From Candidatus Adlerbacteria bacterium (GTDB lineage: Bacteria > Patescibacteriota > Minisyncoccia > Phycocordibacterales > SBAW01): a stretch of 55,863 bases of DNA. The DNA lies in NCBI GenBank assembly GCA_903878285.1, contig CAIRHB010000015.1, forward strand, positions 1-55,863. Direction: 5' to 3'. Numbering within the stretch: position 1 is the stretch's first letter; each line of letters opens with the position of its first letter. Below, piece after piece: positions 48,278-55,863 of the stretch. The translations under genes and the position numbers were made by a program. The notes under the pieces were generated by a model. The model did no database searches. It was not told where the DNA came from and saw only the letters and a list, made by a program, of their open reading frames with translations.

Positions 48278-48826
48278 TTACTCGGGCAGTGCGCGCAGCT
48301 GCTCGATGAGCGCCGCGTACTCGGCGAGCATCGGATGCTGCCAGGTCTGCGTGAGCATCGCGAGCATCTCTTCGTTAAAGCGCACTCGCCGTTCCTTACC
48401 GCGGCTAAACAGCTTCCACACTGCAGCACCAATGTCGTGATGTGCGTGGATCAAACTCTCGGCATTGTGTATTTTATCTGCGAGCGATACCGCCTTTGCC
48501 TCGACCGACCCAACGCGCACCTGCTCGATGTAGCCCTGCATCCGCTCCTCCCACGGCAGGGCTTTATCCTCCGTCACCGTCAGTACAATCGCTAGCACCT
48601 CGTCGCCAAGCTGCGCACGCAACTCGCTCTCGGGGAAGTTTGTATCCTCGAGCACATCGTGCACCAGCGCTGCGGCAATGACCTCGTTTGCAAATCCGTG
48701 CTTCGCCAACTTGAGCGCGACCATTACTGGATGTTCGACATACGGAATGTCCCCCGCCTTGCGCATCTGACCCGCATGCGCGCGCAGCGCAATCTGCAGC
48801 GCACGGTCAATCAGCTCGTCTCCCAT
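48278..48826 (-). CDS. HD-domain small alarmone hydrolase (Mesh1/SAH-like)
   Basis: AH.GQ.RK...PYVEHP, ALVHDVLEDT, VTED, LADKIHN. Confidence 0.85.
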   Translation of the reverse strand: MGDELIDRALQIALRAHAGQMRKAGDIPYVEHPVMVALKLAKHGFANEVIAAALVHDVLEDTNFPESELRAQLGDEVLAIVLTVTEDKALPWEERMQGYIEQVRVGSVEAKAVSLADKIHNAESLIHAHHDIGAAVWKLFSRGKERRVRFNEEMLAMLTQTWQHPMLAEYAALIEQLRALPE

Positions 48827-50108
48827 ACGGACACAGTACCACAAACACCCGCTCGCGCATCTGTTTTGCAATAGTGTCCCAATCGTATGTTTCTTCGACC
48901 ATTTTTTTGGCGGTTGCGAGTATTTGTTGTACATGCGCGGCATTGGCGGGGTTGGTGATGTCTCGCACGGCATCGGCGATTTGCTCGGGTGAGTCTTTGT
49001 CGACTGCCCACGCGGTTGGTGGATGCTGTTGGTTGCCGCCGCTTGCAGGTGATGACTTGTCTACCGGTGACGAAGTGGTGTGCGCATCAAAAATAAAATC
49101 CGAAAGTCCGCCCTCTTGCGTCGCGATGACGGGGAGCCCTGCAGCCATCGCTTCGATAAACGAGTTGCCCATCCCCTCCGAGCGGCTGGGGCGGATAAAG
49201 ATGTCGCACGCATGCAGGAACGCAGGCATCTGCTCATGACTCACGTAGCCAGCAAAGTGTACACGGTCGGCGACACCAAGTCGCTGCGCGAGATCTTTCA
49301 GCATCTGTTCATCCTGCCCGCTGCCAAGGACAAGAAAATGCACTCTCTCAAAAAAGGTGTCAGGAACCTTTTTATCTGTAGTGTTGGGAAAAGGTTCCTG
49401 ACACCTTTTTCCAAGCGCGCGAATCACATCATCGACGGCGTTTTTGTGCACCAAGCGCGAGGACGTGACGAGCCACACCTCGCCCGCTTTTGTATTGCGC
49501 AGCATGCCGAATATCTTTCGTGCAGACTCTTGCTCTGCTGCGCTTGGAGCCGTAGAAAATCTTGCTACATCAACACCGTTTGGCACGACCATGACCTCGC
49601 CGCGATAGCCACCCTGTCGCGCCCACTCGGCGAGAAAGGTGGAGATCGTCTGCACGACGCTCGCGTGGCGAAACCCTGCTCGTAGGATTGGCGAAAACAA
49701 TTTGATATACCACCGACCAAACACATGCTCGAACGGGTCGCCCTCTTGCAGCGTCAGCACATACGGGAGCGACACGCCGCAGATGCGCAGCAGCGTGAGC
49801 GGGAAGGTCATGTACGACATCATCGCCCAGGCGCCGTCGAAGTGCTCTACCTTATGTAAACGCCGCGCCGCCCACGCCGCACGTGGTATAAAAAGTATTT
49901 TTGCTAAATACGAGCTGCCGCAGCCGACGCGATGCACCTGTATATTCCCGACCCGCTCGTCTCGTGCATCACTCTGCGAGAATCGCATCGTTAGCATATG
50001 GAACTCGATGTCGGTGGGCGCGCCGCGATCAGTAATCTCTTTGATAGCAACCTCCGCCCCGCCCACGTGCGGGTAGTATGCAAGCGAAAAAATGAGAATC
50101 TTTTTCAT
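48807..50108 (-). CDS. GT4 glycosyltransferase with an in-frame palindromic insertion
   Basis: GGAE, SEGMGNSFIEAMAAG. Confidence 0.9.
   Translation of the reverse strand: MKKILIFSLAYYPHVGGAEVAIKEITDRGAPTDIEFHMLTMRFSQSDARDERVGNIQVHRVGCGSSYLAKILFIPRAAWAARRLHKVEHFDGAWAMMSYMTFPLTLLRICGVSLPYVLTLQEGDPFEHVFGRWYIKLFSPILRAGFRHASVVQTISTFLAEWARQGGYRGEVMVVPNGVDVARFSTAPSAAEQESARKIFGMLRNTKAGEVWLVTSSRLVHKNAVDDVIRALGKRCQEPFPNTTDKKVPDTFFERVHFLVLGSGQDEQMLKDLAQRLGVADRVHFAGYVSHEQMPAFLHACDIFIRPSRSEGMGNSFIEAMAAGLPVIATQEGGLSDFIFDAHTTSSPVDKSSPASGGNQQHPPTAWAVDKDSPEQIADAVRDITNPANAAHVQQILATAKKMVEETYDWDTIAKQMRERVFVVLCPYGRRAD
49351..49410. repeat. REPIN-like 22-bp perfect inverted repeat with 16-nt spacer inside a CDS
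   Basis: AAAAAGGTGTCAGGAACCTTTT / AAAAGGTTCCTGACACCTTTTT. Confidence 0.9.
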
Positions 50109-50124
50109 GTCTGTAGTGTGCGCG

Positions 50125-51000
50125 TTACGCACGAGCCTCGGTGATGTATGCAACAAGGGTGTGTGTCGCCTGCCAACCAATAGCACGCGACTTAGTGGTG
50201 TCGAGCGCCGCATTCATACGGTTGCCTGGCATCTCGGGGCGCATCTCGACCACGCCGCCAAACAATTGCGCCAGCTCGAGGATGCTGTACGACTCGTTAG
50301 AGCCAAGACCAAACTCGTCGCCGTCCCCTTTCTCACCCACCAAGAGCAGCCCATCGATGATATCATCCACATGTGTAAAAATGCGCCGCTGCGTGCCGGG
50401 GGCGTTGACTCCGAGCGGCTCGCCACGCAGTGCCTTTTGGCGAAAGATCTCAACCACGGTGCCATACGACCCCGCGCGCTCGCCGGGGCCATACACGTTG
50501 TAAAAATAGGTAATCGCATATGGTAGGTGATACCATTCGTGATAATTGCGCACCATCTCGGAGTTGGTCGCTTTGGTAAACGCGTAGGGGCTTTGATCGC
50601 GCCCCAGCCCGCCGTCGGCAAATTTGGTCGACGAGCCCGCGTACACGAGCTTACAGGTGCGCTGCGGGTTCTTGTTCTGCGCTCGCCAGAACTCCAGCAC
50701 GCCGAACGTGCCCGCGACATTTAAATCCCACACCACCGACGGTTCGGTCAAACTAATTTCTACGCGCGAATACTCGCCAAGATGGTAGATGAGGTCGACA
50801 GCTTCGGGCACGAGCTGTGCGATGTTTTTGGTGTGCCCCTCGCGGTACTCGACGCCTGCAACGTGGTTGTCGCGCGAGCCGGTAAAGTAGTTGTCGAGAC
50901 TGATCACGTGGTGCCCCTCGCCTACCAACCGCTCACACAGATGCGAGCCGATAAAGCCCGCGCCACCCGTAACAAGTATGGTCTTTTGTGTAACAAACAT
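50125..51000 (-). CDS. NAD-dependent epimerase/dehydratase (extended SDR)
   Basis: TGGAGFIGS, AGSS, YAFTK (YxxxK), YFYNVYGP. Confidence 0.92.
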   Translation of the reverse strand: MFVTQKTILVTGGAGFIGSHLCERLVGEGHHVISLDNYFTGSRDNHVAGVEYREGHTKNIAQLVPEAVDLIYHLGEYSRVEISLTEPSVVWDLNVAGTFGVLEFWRAQNKNPQRTCKLVYAGSSTKFADGGLGRDQSPYAFTKATNSEMVRNYHEWYHLPYAITYFYNVYGPGERAGSYGTVVEIFRQKALRGEPLGVNAPGTQRRIFTHVDDIIDGLLLVGEKGDGDEFGLGSNESYSILELAQLFGGVVEMRPEMPGNRMNAALDTTKSRAIGWQATHTLVAYITEARA

Positions 51001-51037
51001 GCGAGTAGTGTCCACAGCCATCACTGTAGCGCAAAAG

Positions 51038-52606
51038 CTACTCTATCTCAAACTCCTCGGCGGCGAGGTAGGTCTCGCGCGAGTTGGCAGTTGACGAAGC
51101 ACCACTCCCCGCTCGCAAGTAGAACAAACCTGCCGCACCGACCATGAGCAGTGCGAGTAGTCCGGCAAGCGAGCCCCACGATGGGAGCGAAAAGCCGCTC
51201 GCCGCGGCGGACGCCAGATGTGCGCTCGCACTCGAGCTTGCTGTAGCCATGGAAGATGTCGGAGTTGCTGCAGATGATACTGGCGTTTTGATTTTCGGCG
51301 GTATATACGACACCACCGGCACAGCCAGAGCAGGCGCACTAGAAGCAATCTGCACCAGCGGGATTATCGACGCGACTATTTTTTGGGACACGCCCGACGC
51401 AGTTGCTGCGAGCATACTATTTGGATAACGTAAGGTGACATCGGAGCTCACACGCATCCCAAGTATATCGACTGCAAGATGGAGACTCTGCAGTCCAAGC
51501 ACGATCGTATCCTTTGGCAGCACAAATGTGCTTGTCGCAGATGAGATCGTCCACAGACCAATGTTGAGATTCTGCGCTGATTGATTGACCAACACCAGCG
51601 AACCATCGGGCTCGGCGAGCATGCCGACCTGCGCCTCGGTCGCTTGCACCTTTACTTCGGCAATACCAACAGAGGTATCGCTCGACACTGTGAGCACCAC
51701 CGCGTAGGTGCCTGGGTAAGGGTAGGTATGAAAGATGTTTTGCCCCTCGGCGGTCGCGCCATCGCCAAAGTTCCAGAGGTAACGCGCACCAGCAATCAAC
51801 GTACCTTTTTCCGTGAGTGCGGTGCCGCTAAAAAATGATCCAGCGCCAGCTGTCACGACGCTCGGCACCATGATACGCGCACCGAGTGGCGCAGACACAC
51901 TACCCCCTGACTGCGCCGCCGATACATCATGTAACGAATCAACTGTGGCTGCATCATTGCTCACATCATCGGTGACCGACGTATTGTCGGAATCTGTATT
52001 AGAAGAATTATCAGAATTTGCCTCATTGGTACTCGTGTCACTTCCCGACGCGGCAATATAGCTTCCTGTGTTAACTCCTGGGTCGGGCGCTGCGGCGACC
52101 AGCGTCCCGTCGCTGAGCCGATGTAGCGAGTTACCGTCATTCTTCCCGCCCATCGCAGTCGTGTAGGTAACCGAGTCAACAGTCGCGCCAGTGTTGTCGA
52201 GCAGTGCAATCGTCGCACCCGATGTTTGGTTTGGACTAATCGCCGATTTAATCACCGAGTACGAGCCGCCATACTGCGCGATAAACCCAACAGGGTCGTT
52301 GGTGATGATAGCGAAGGTTTGTGGCGCGATCGTGAGCGACCCACGACCACCGCCGTTGCTCGCGGCTGCTGGGTCGACAAGCAAGTGCTTTGACGAGCCA
52401 CCATCATCCACACGCCAACCCTTGGTACCAGCGATCATAGTGACTGACGTACTACCAGGGTTGTACACCTCGAACCACTGCGCGGCGCTCTTTGGCGGGT
52501 CGTACATCATCTCGGTAATCTGGAGTGCAGCAAAGACGCGTGTCGGCAGCGCGGCAAGAAATAGAGCTACGAGAAAAATACTACTGTGGAGTATGTGTCT
52601 TCGCAT
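51038..52606 (-). CDS. Surface protein: signal peptide, lamin-tail domain, PKD domain, C-terminal TM anchor
   Basis: LQITEMMYDP...WFEVYN, WNFGDG...HTY.YPG.Y, C-terminal hydrophobic helix. Confidence 0.82.
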   Translation of the reverse strand: MRRHILHSSIFLVALFLAALPTRVFAALQITEMMYDPPKSAAQWFEVYNPGSTSVTMIAGTKGWRVDDGGSSKHLLVDPAAASNGGGRGSLTIAPQTFAIITNDPVGFIAQYGGSYSVIKSAISPNQTSGATIALLDNTGATVDSVTYTTAMGGKNDGNSLHRLSDGTLVAAAPDPGVNTGSYIAASGSDTSTNEANSDNSSNTDSDNTSVTDDVSNDAATVDSLHDVSAAQSGGSVSAPLGARIMVPSVVTAGAGSFFSGTALTEKGTLIAGARYLWNFGDGATAEGQNIFHTYPYPGTYAVVLTVSSDTSVGIAEVKVQATEAQVGMLAEPDGSLVLVNQSAQNLNIGLWTISSATSTFVLPKDTIVLGLQSLHLAVDILGMRVSSDVTLRYPNSMLAATASGVSQKIVASIIPLVQIASSAPALAVPVVSYIPPKIKTPVSSAATPTSSMATASSSASAHLASAAASGFSLPSWGSLAGLLALLMVGAAGLFYLRAGSGASSTANSRETYLAAEEFEIE

Positions 52607-54380
52607 CGTCGCGTATCGCACCCTCTTCGACATTTAGCATATCGCGCAGTTCTATCTCGGACAATCCTACAGCAACTTCTGTCGTGTGGATATCTTTTGG
52701 TTTTTGTGCTGGCTCCTGCTTTGACTCCTGTGTGCGTTCCTTTGTTGCGCGTGCGATTGCGTCACGCAAGCTCGTCGCACCCTCAAGCGGCGGACGAGAC
52801 GGTTCCGTCGGCTTTGGTGGTGCAGGTGGGTGGCGTACTACTGGCGGCGGAACATACTCGCGCTTGGGCGCAGCAGGCGCACTCGGAGCTACTGGTTTTA
52901 CCACTGGAACCACACCTGCTTTCGCGGGTGTGTGTGCGGGCACAGCGTTTGCTGGCACGACTTTTTGTACGACTGTTGCTCTCGACGTAGCAGCTGGCGT
53001 CAGCGGAGTTTTTGGCATAGTCGACGATACAGGCGCAGGTCTTGGTGTAATAGTGCTCGGCGTTGCGGGAGCCTTTGGTGGCGTCGCTTCAAGCGACTGC
53101 CAGTCGGTGATCATCTTCTTAATCTCTTCGCGCGGTTTGGCAAACTGCGCGCGCGACGACGCGAGCGCCTCTTTAAAGTAACTGCGCGGTGGCGGATCAA
53201 ACGGCGGCAAGGTGGTAGCAGAGAACGGCGGCGAGCCGACACCATCAATCATCAGCGTCAGATAGATTTGCGCGATGCCGAGGTTGACCAAGTCGGTCTG
53301 CGTAAACTGGGGTGCGAAGACGGTCTCCAAAACTTCGGCGTCAAAGGGACCGACACGAAACGCGACCGTGGTGCCCACGTTGCCAAACACGGCGTCGCGC
53401 ACCTCCTCCTCCATCTGCTCGACGTACTGGTGCGCAATCAGCAAGTTCAATTTATATTTACGTGCCTCGGACAAAATATCCGAGAACGACTCGTTGGCAA
53501 AGTTTTGGAACTCGTCGACGTAGAAGTAGAAGTTGGGCAACGACGCGAGCGTCGTCGCCGACACATCCGCGCGCGACATGGCCGCCAAGTAAATCTTGGT
53601 CACCAGCATCGAGCCCAAGAGTGTCGCGTTCGTCTCCCCTACGCGCCCCTTGGAGAGGTTCATCACGAAAATCTTTTTGTCATCCATCATCTGGCGGATA
53701 TCAAACGACGACTTCGGCTGCCCGACAATGTTGCGAATGAGCGGGTTGCTCGTAAACTGCCCCACCTTGTTTTGTATGGCAGGCGTCGCGTCTTGGGTGT
53801 AGCGGTCGGTGTAGTTGGCAAACTCGTCGACCCAAAAGCTTTTGACGATGGGGTCGGTGATATTCTCGACCACCTTCTTGCGAAATGGTTTTTGCACCAG
53901 CATCCGATTGACGTCGAGCAAGGTCGCGCCTGGGTACTCCAAGAGTGCGAGCAGCACGTTCGACAAGATGTACTCCATGCGCGCGCTCCATGCGTCGACC
54001 CAGATCTTGCGGAATGCCGAGAGCAGCCCCGACACAACCAAATGCCGCTTGTCGTAGCCGACATCCTCCATCACGTTAAACGCGACGGGGTAGTCCATAT
54101 CAAACGGCGCAAAGTAGACCACATCTTTGATGCGGTGCTCGGGCACGTACTCCAAGATGCGGTCGGCGGTCGAGCCGTGCGGGTCGATAAATGCCATCCC
54201 CTCGCCGTTGCGGATATCCTGGATCGCCATGTTCTCGAGCATGGTCGACTTGCCCATGCCCGTCTTGCCAATCACATACATGTGCTTTGCGCGGTCGCGC
54301 CGCTTGATCCCAAACGGGGTCTCCTTCCCCCGCGAGTTCGTCTGCGCAAAATAGGTTATCTTGTCCGGATCCTCGTGCAT
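52581..54380 (-). CDS. Type IV secretion coupling-protein (TraD/TraG/VirD4)-like ATPase with Pro-rich tail
   Basis: HMYVIGKTGMGKS (Walker A), IDPHG, YVDEFQNF, EARKY, AHQY. Confidence 0.88.
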   Translation of the reverse strand: MHEDPDKITYFAQTNSRGKETPFGIKRRDRAKHMYVIGKTGMGKSTMLENMAIQDIRNGEGMAFIDPHGSTADRILEYVPEHRIKDVVYFAPFDMDYPVAFNVMEDVGYDKRHLVVSGLLSAFRKIWVDAWSARMEYILSNVLLALLEYPGATLLDVNRMLVQKPFRKKVVENITDPIVKSFWVDEFANYTDRYTQDATPAIQNKVGQFTSNPLIRNIVGQPKSSFDIRQMMDDKKIFVMNLSKGRVGETNATLLGSMLVTKIYLAAMSRADVSATTLASLPNFYFYVDEFQNFANESFSDILSEARKYKLNLLIAHQYVEQMEEEVRDAVFGNVGTTVAFRVGPFDAEVLETVFAPQFTQTDLVNLGIAQIYLTLMIDGVGSPPFSATTLPPFDPPPRSYFKEALASSRAQFAKPREEIKKMITDWQSLEATPPKAPATPSTITPRPAPVSSTMPKTPLTPAATSRATVVQKVVPANAVPAHTPAKAGVVPVVKPVAPSAPAAPKREYVPPPVVRHPPAPPKPTEPSRPPLEGATSLRDAIARATKERTQESKQEPAQKPKDIHTTEVAVGLSEIELRDMLNVEEGAIRDDAKTHTPQ

Positions 54381-54399
54381 TAGGGATAGTATAGCACTC

Positions 54400-54861
54400 C
54401 TAATACCCCACGGGTGGTTTGGTTTTGGTGCCGAGATGATTGTAGGTGTGTGCTCGGAGTTGTGCGTCAATACGCTCTGCTTCTTGTGCAAGCGCCACTC
54501 TGTCCTCGGGCGTTTTGGCGTCGAGAATATATGCGAGCGTTTTGTCGAAATCATTTTTAAACTGCTGGTTGATGTCCTTCCATGCAATCCCTTTTAACTT
54601 CTCTGCAACTGCGGGCGAGTACGGCAGCTCGCCAATTTGCAACAGAAACGCAATCGCCGGATACCCCAAGTACCCTTTGTAAAACGAGCCGTTGTCATTG
54701 ACCATAATCGCCATGGCGCTTGGGTCGTACTCAACAGTATAAAATTTGTTCCCACTCGATGAGTACACCTTCGCCGAGTTGCCCGACACCTCGACGCGCC
54801 CATCCGCCACCGCTCCGAGCGCTTCGTACACCTTGATAATCGGCGGATATGTCCACTGCAT
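54400..54861 (-). CDS. Conserved hypothetical protein
   Basis: IKVYEALGAVADGR...SSSG.K.Y...NDNGS...GYLGYP; clean ORF closely spaced with its neighbours. Confidence 0.75.
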   Translation of the reverse strand: MQWTYPPIIKVYEALGAVADGRVEVSGNSAKVYSSSGNKFYTVEYDPSAMAIMVNDNGSFYKGYLGYPAIAFLLQIGELPYSPAVAEKLKGIAWKDINQQFKNDFDKTLAYILDAKTPEDRVALAQEAERIDAQLRAHTYNHLGTKTKPPVGY

Positions 54862-54865
54862 AGTG

Positions 54866-55750
54866 TTATTTTTTCTTCGATTTCTCTGACTTTTTTCGTA
54901 AAGGAATGGTAGCGCGAGACTGTTTGGACAATTCTCTTACTTCCTTCCGGACTTCTTTAATATGCTTCTCGGGTGGTAGTCGCTCAGGCAGTTCTCCACC
55001 AATATCTTTTATCGTCTGGCGCACCTTCCCACCAACCATGAAGTGTGTTCGGCGCGCCTCGTAGTCGCTGCGCACACGATCTTTTCTCAACTTCTCATCT
55101 GTCTGGGTTATGCGAAATAGATTCGCAGCGAGCTCCGTCGAACCAGCACGGTCGAGCAACTCACCTTTTTGTATCCCCTTTTTCTTTTCAACTTCCGCAA
55201 GCGGTGCGCCGTACAGACCTTTGTATCCCGCGTCATTAAAAAGACCGAAATGAGAGACACCCGCCTGCTTCGCTGTACGAAACAACTTTTTATTTTCGCT
55301 TGACACTTCGCCACGAATAAACAAACGCTTTTCGGCATCAGACAGCGCCTCAAAAATCTCCTGTTTTCGTGTCTGTACGGCAAAATAAGTTTGAGCTAGA
55401 GCAATTTGTGGAATCTTTGGATTACCATTCTGAGCAATCAGATAACAGGCATATCTGTCCAGCTTCCAGTCCTTCACTGCCCGTACACCACCAGAACCCA
55501 CATCGACCATTTTAGTCAACTGACTAAAATGGTTATTGACTACCTGGCCACTCTGTAGTGCAGCATTTGCCGCACGACCGATAACTTCTTCAAACGCTTG
55601 CCATGTCGAATATCCAAACAAAGGGAACAGCTCACGTCCTGTCCAGAATTCGATGCCATTTTCATCCACGCGCTTGATATCCTCAAACGCCTTATGTGGA
55701 CCGTGTGTCTCTATTTTGGATGTGGCAAATTCTGTTTTGAAGTTGCCCAC
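54866..55750 (-). CDS. dinD: DNA-damage-inducible protein D (BRO-N-like); 5' end probably supplied or disrupted by an IS
   Basis: EFW.GREL...GY..W..F, RYACYLIAQNG, AQTYFAVQTRKQE, ELAANLFRITQT. Confidence 0.85.
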   Translation of the reverse strand: MGNFKTEFATSKIETHGPHKAFEDIKRVDENGIEFWTGRELFPLFGYSTWQAFEEVIGRAANAALQSGQVVNNHFSQLTKMVDVGSGGVRAVKDWKLDRYACYLIAQNGNPKIPQIALAQTYFAVQTRKQEIFEALSDAEKRLFIRGEVSSENKKLFRTAKQAGVSHFGLFNDAGYKGLYGAPLAEVEKKKGIQKGELLDRAGSTELAANLFRITQTDEKLRKDRVRSDYEARRTHFMVGGKVRQTIKDIGGELPERLPPEKHIKEVRKEVRELSKQSRATIPLRKKSEKSKKK

Positions 55751-55863
55751 CCTTCAGTAACAATGAAGGAATATGAAAAAGAAAAAGCAGGACACGGTGC
55801 ATCCGCAGCTGTCGTTTGAAACGAGAGTCAAGATAGAAACACTTTTGGGCGAAGGAAGAAGTA
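55727..55863 (+). mobile_element. Left end and start of an IS30-family transposase (partial)
   Basis: ATG at 55773 reads MKKKKQDTVHPQLSFETRVKIETLLGEGRS, matching the IS30 N-terminal HTH; IR-like AAATTCTGTTTTGAAGTTGCCCACC upstream. Confidence 0.65.

Noticed and set aside
42166-51080. Additional RAYT REP copies at ~42168 and ~51065
   Set aside because: Only 9-10 nt partial matches without the palindromic arms; could be chance.
52830-54383. Long antisense or overlapping ORFs (also 22968-23909, 41091-42089 and many others)
   Set aside because: Shadow frames of GC-rich genes with clear family motifs on another strand or frame.
52581-55863. Conjugative element (ICE)
   Set aside because: Only a coupling-protein-like ATPase is present; no relaxase, VirB genes or integrase in the window.

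Overview
Chromosomal segment of a probable CPR/Patescibacteria (Parcubacteria-like) bacterium; the taxonomic call is an inference from gene content. It appears to use the standard code 11, and many genes look leaderless (a -10 box 6-9 nt before the ATG). Left to right: (1) a variable cassette zone downstream of fba, delimited by degenerate copies of the fba 3' end. It holds a VOC protein, a membrane protein, and a BECR-like nuclease facing a self-contained ~60-nt structured RNA. (2) A glycolysis/pentose-phosphate cluster (fba, PfkB kinase, split tkt, rpe, rpiB, gap). (3) A REP-associated tyrosine transposase with four REPs. (4) A two-gene HTH-membrane module whose second gene is a 1784-aa HTH-TM-fibre-S74-Ig giant protein. 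(5) gatB, obg, a 4TM holin-like protein and ccdA. (6) A methyltransferase / 7TM histidine kinase / receiver trio resembling the PhcB-PhcS-PhcR quorum-sensing layout. (7) secA, a MurL-like epimerase, a 16-aa Lys/Ala peptide with a structured leader, murB and a ParE-type TA pair. (8) A ~22 kb surface-glycan locus with an embedded small alarmone hydrolase. (9) An LTD-PKD surface protein, a T4CP-like ATPase, dinD and the start of an IS30 element. Several housekeeping proteins carry in-frame palindromic insertions. All family assignments come from motif recognition by eye; no database searches were run.
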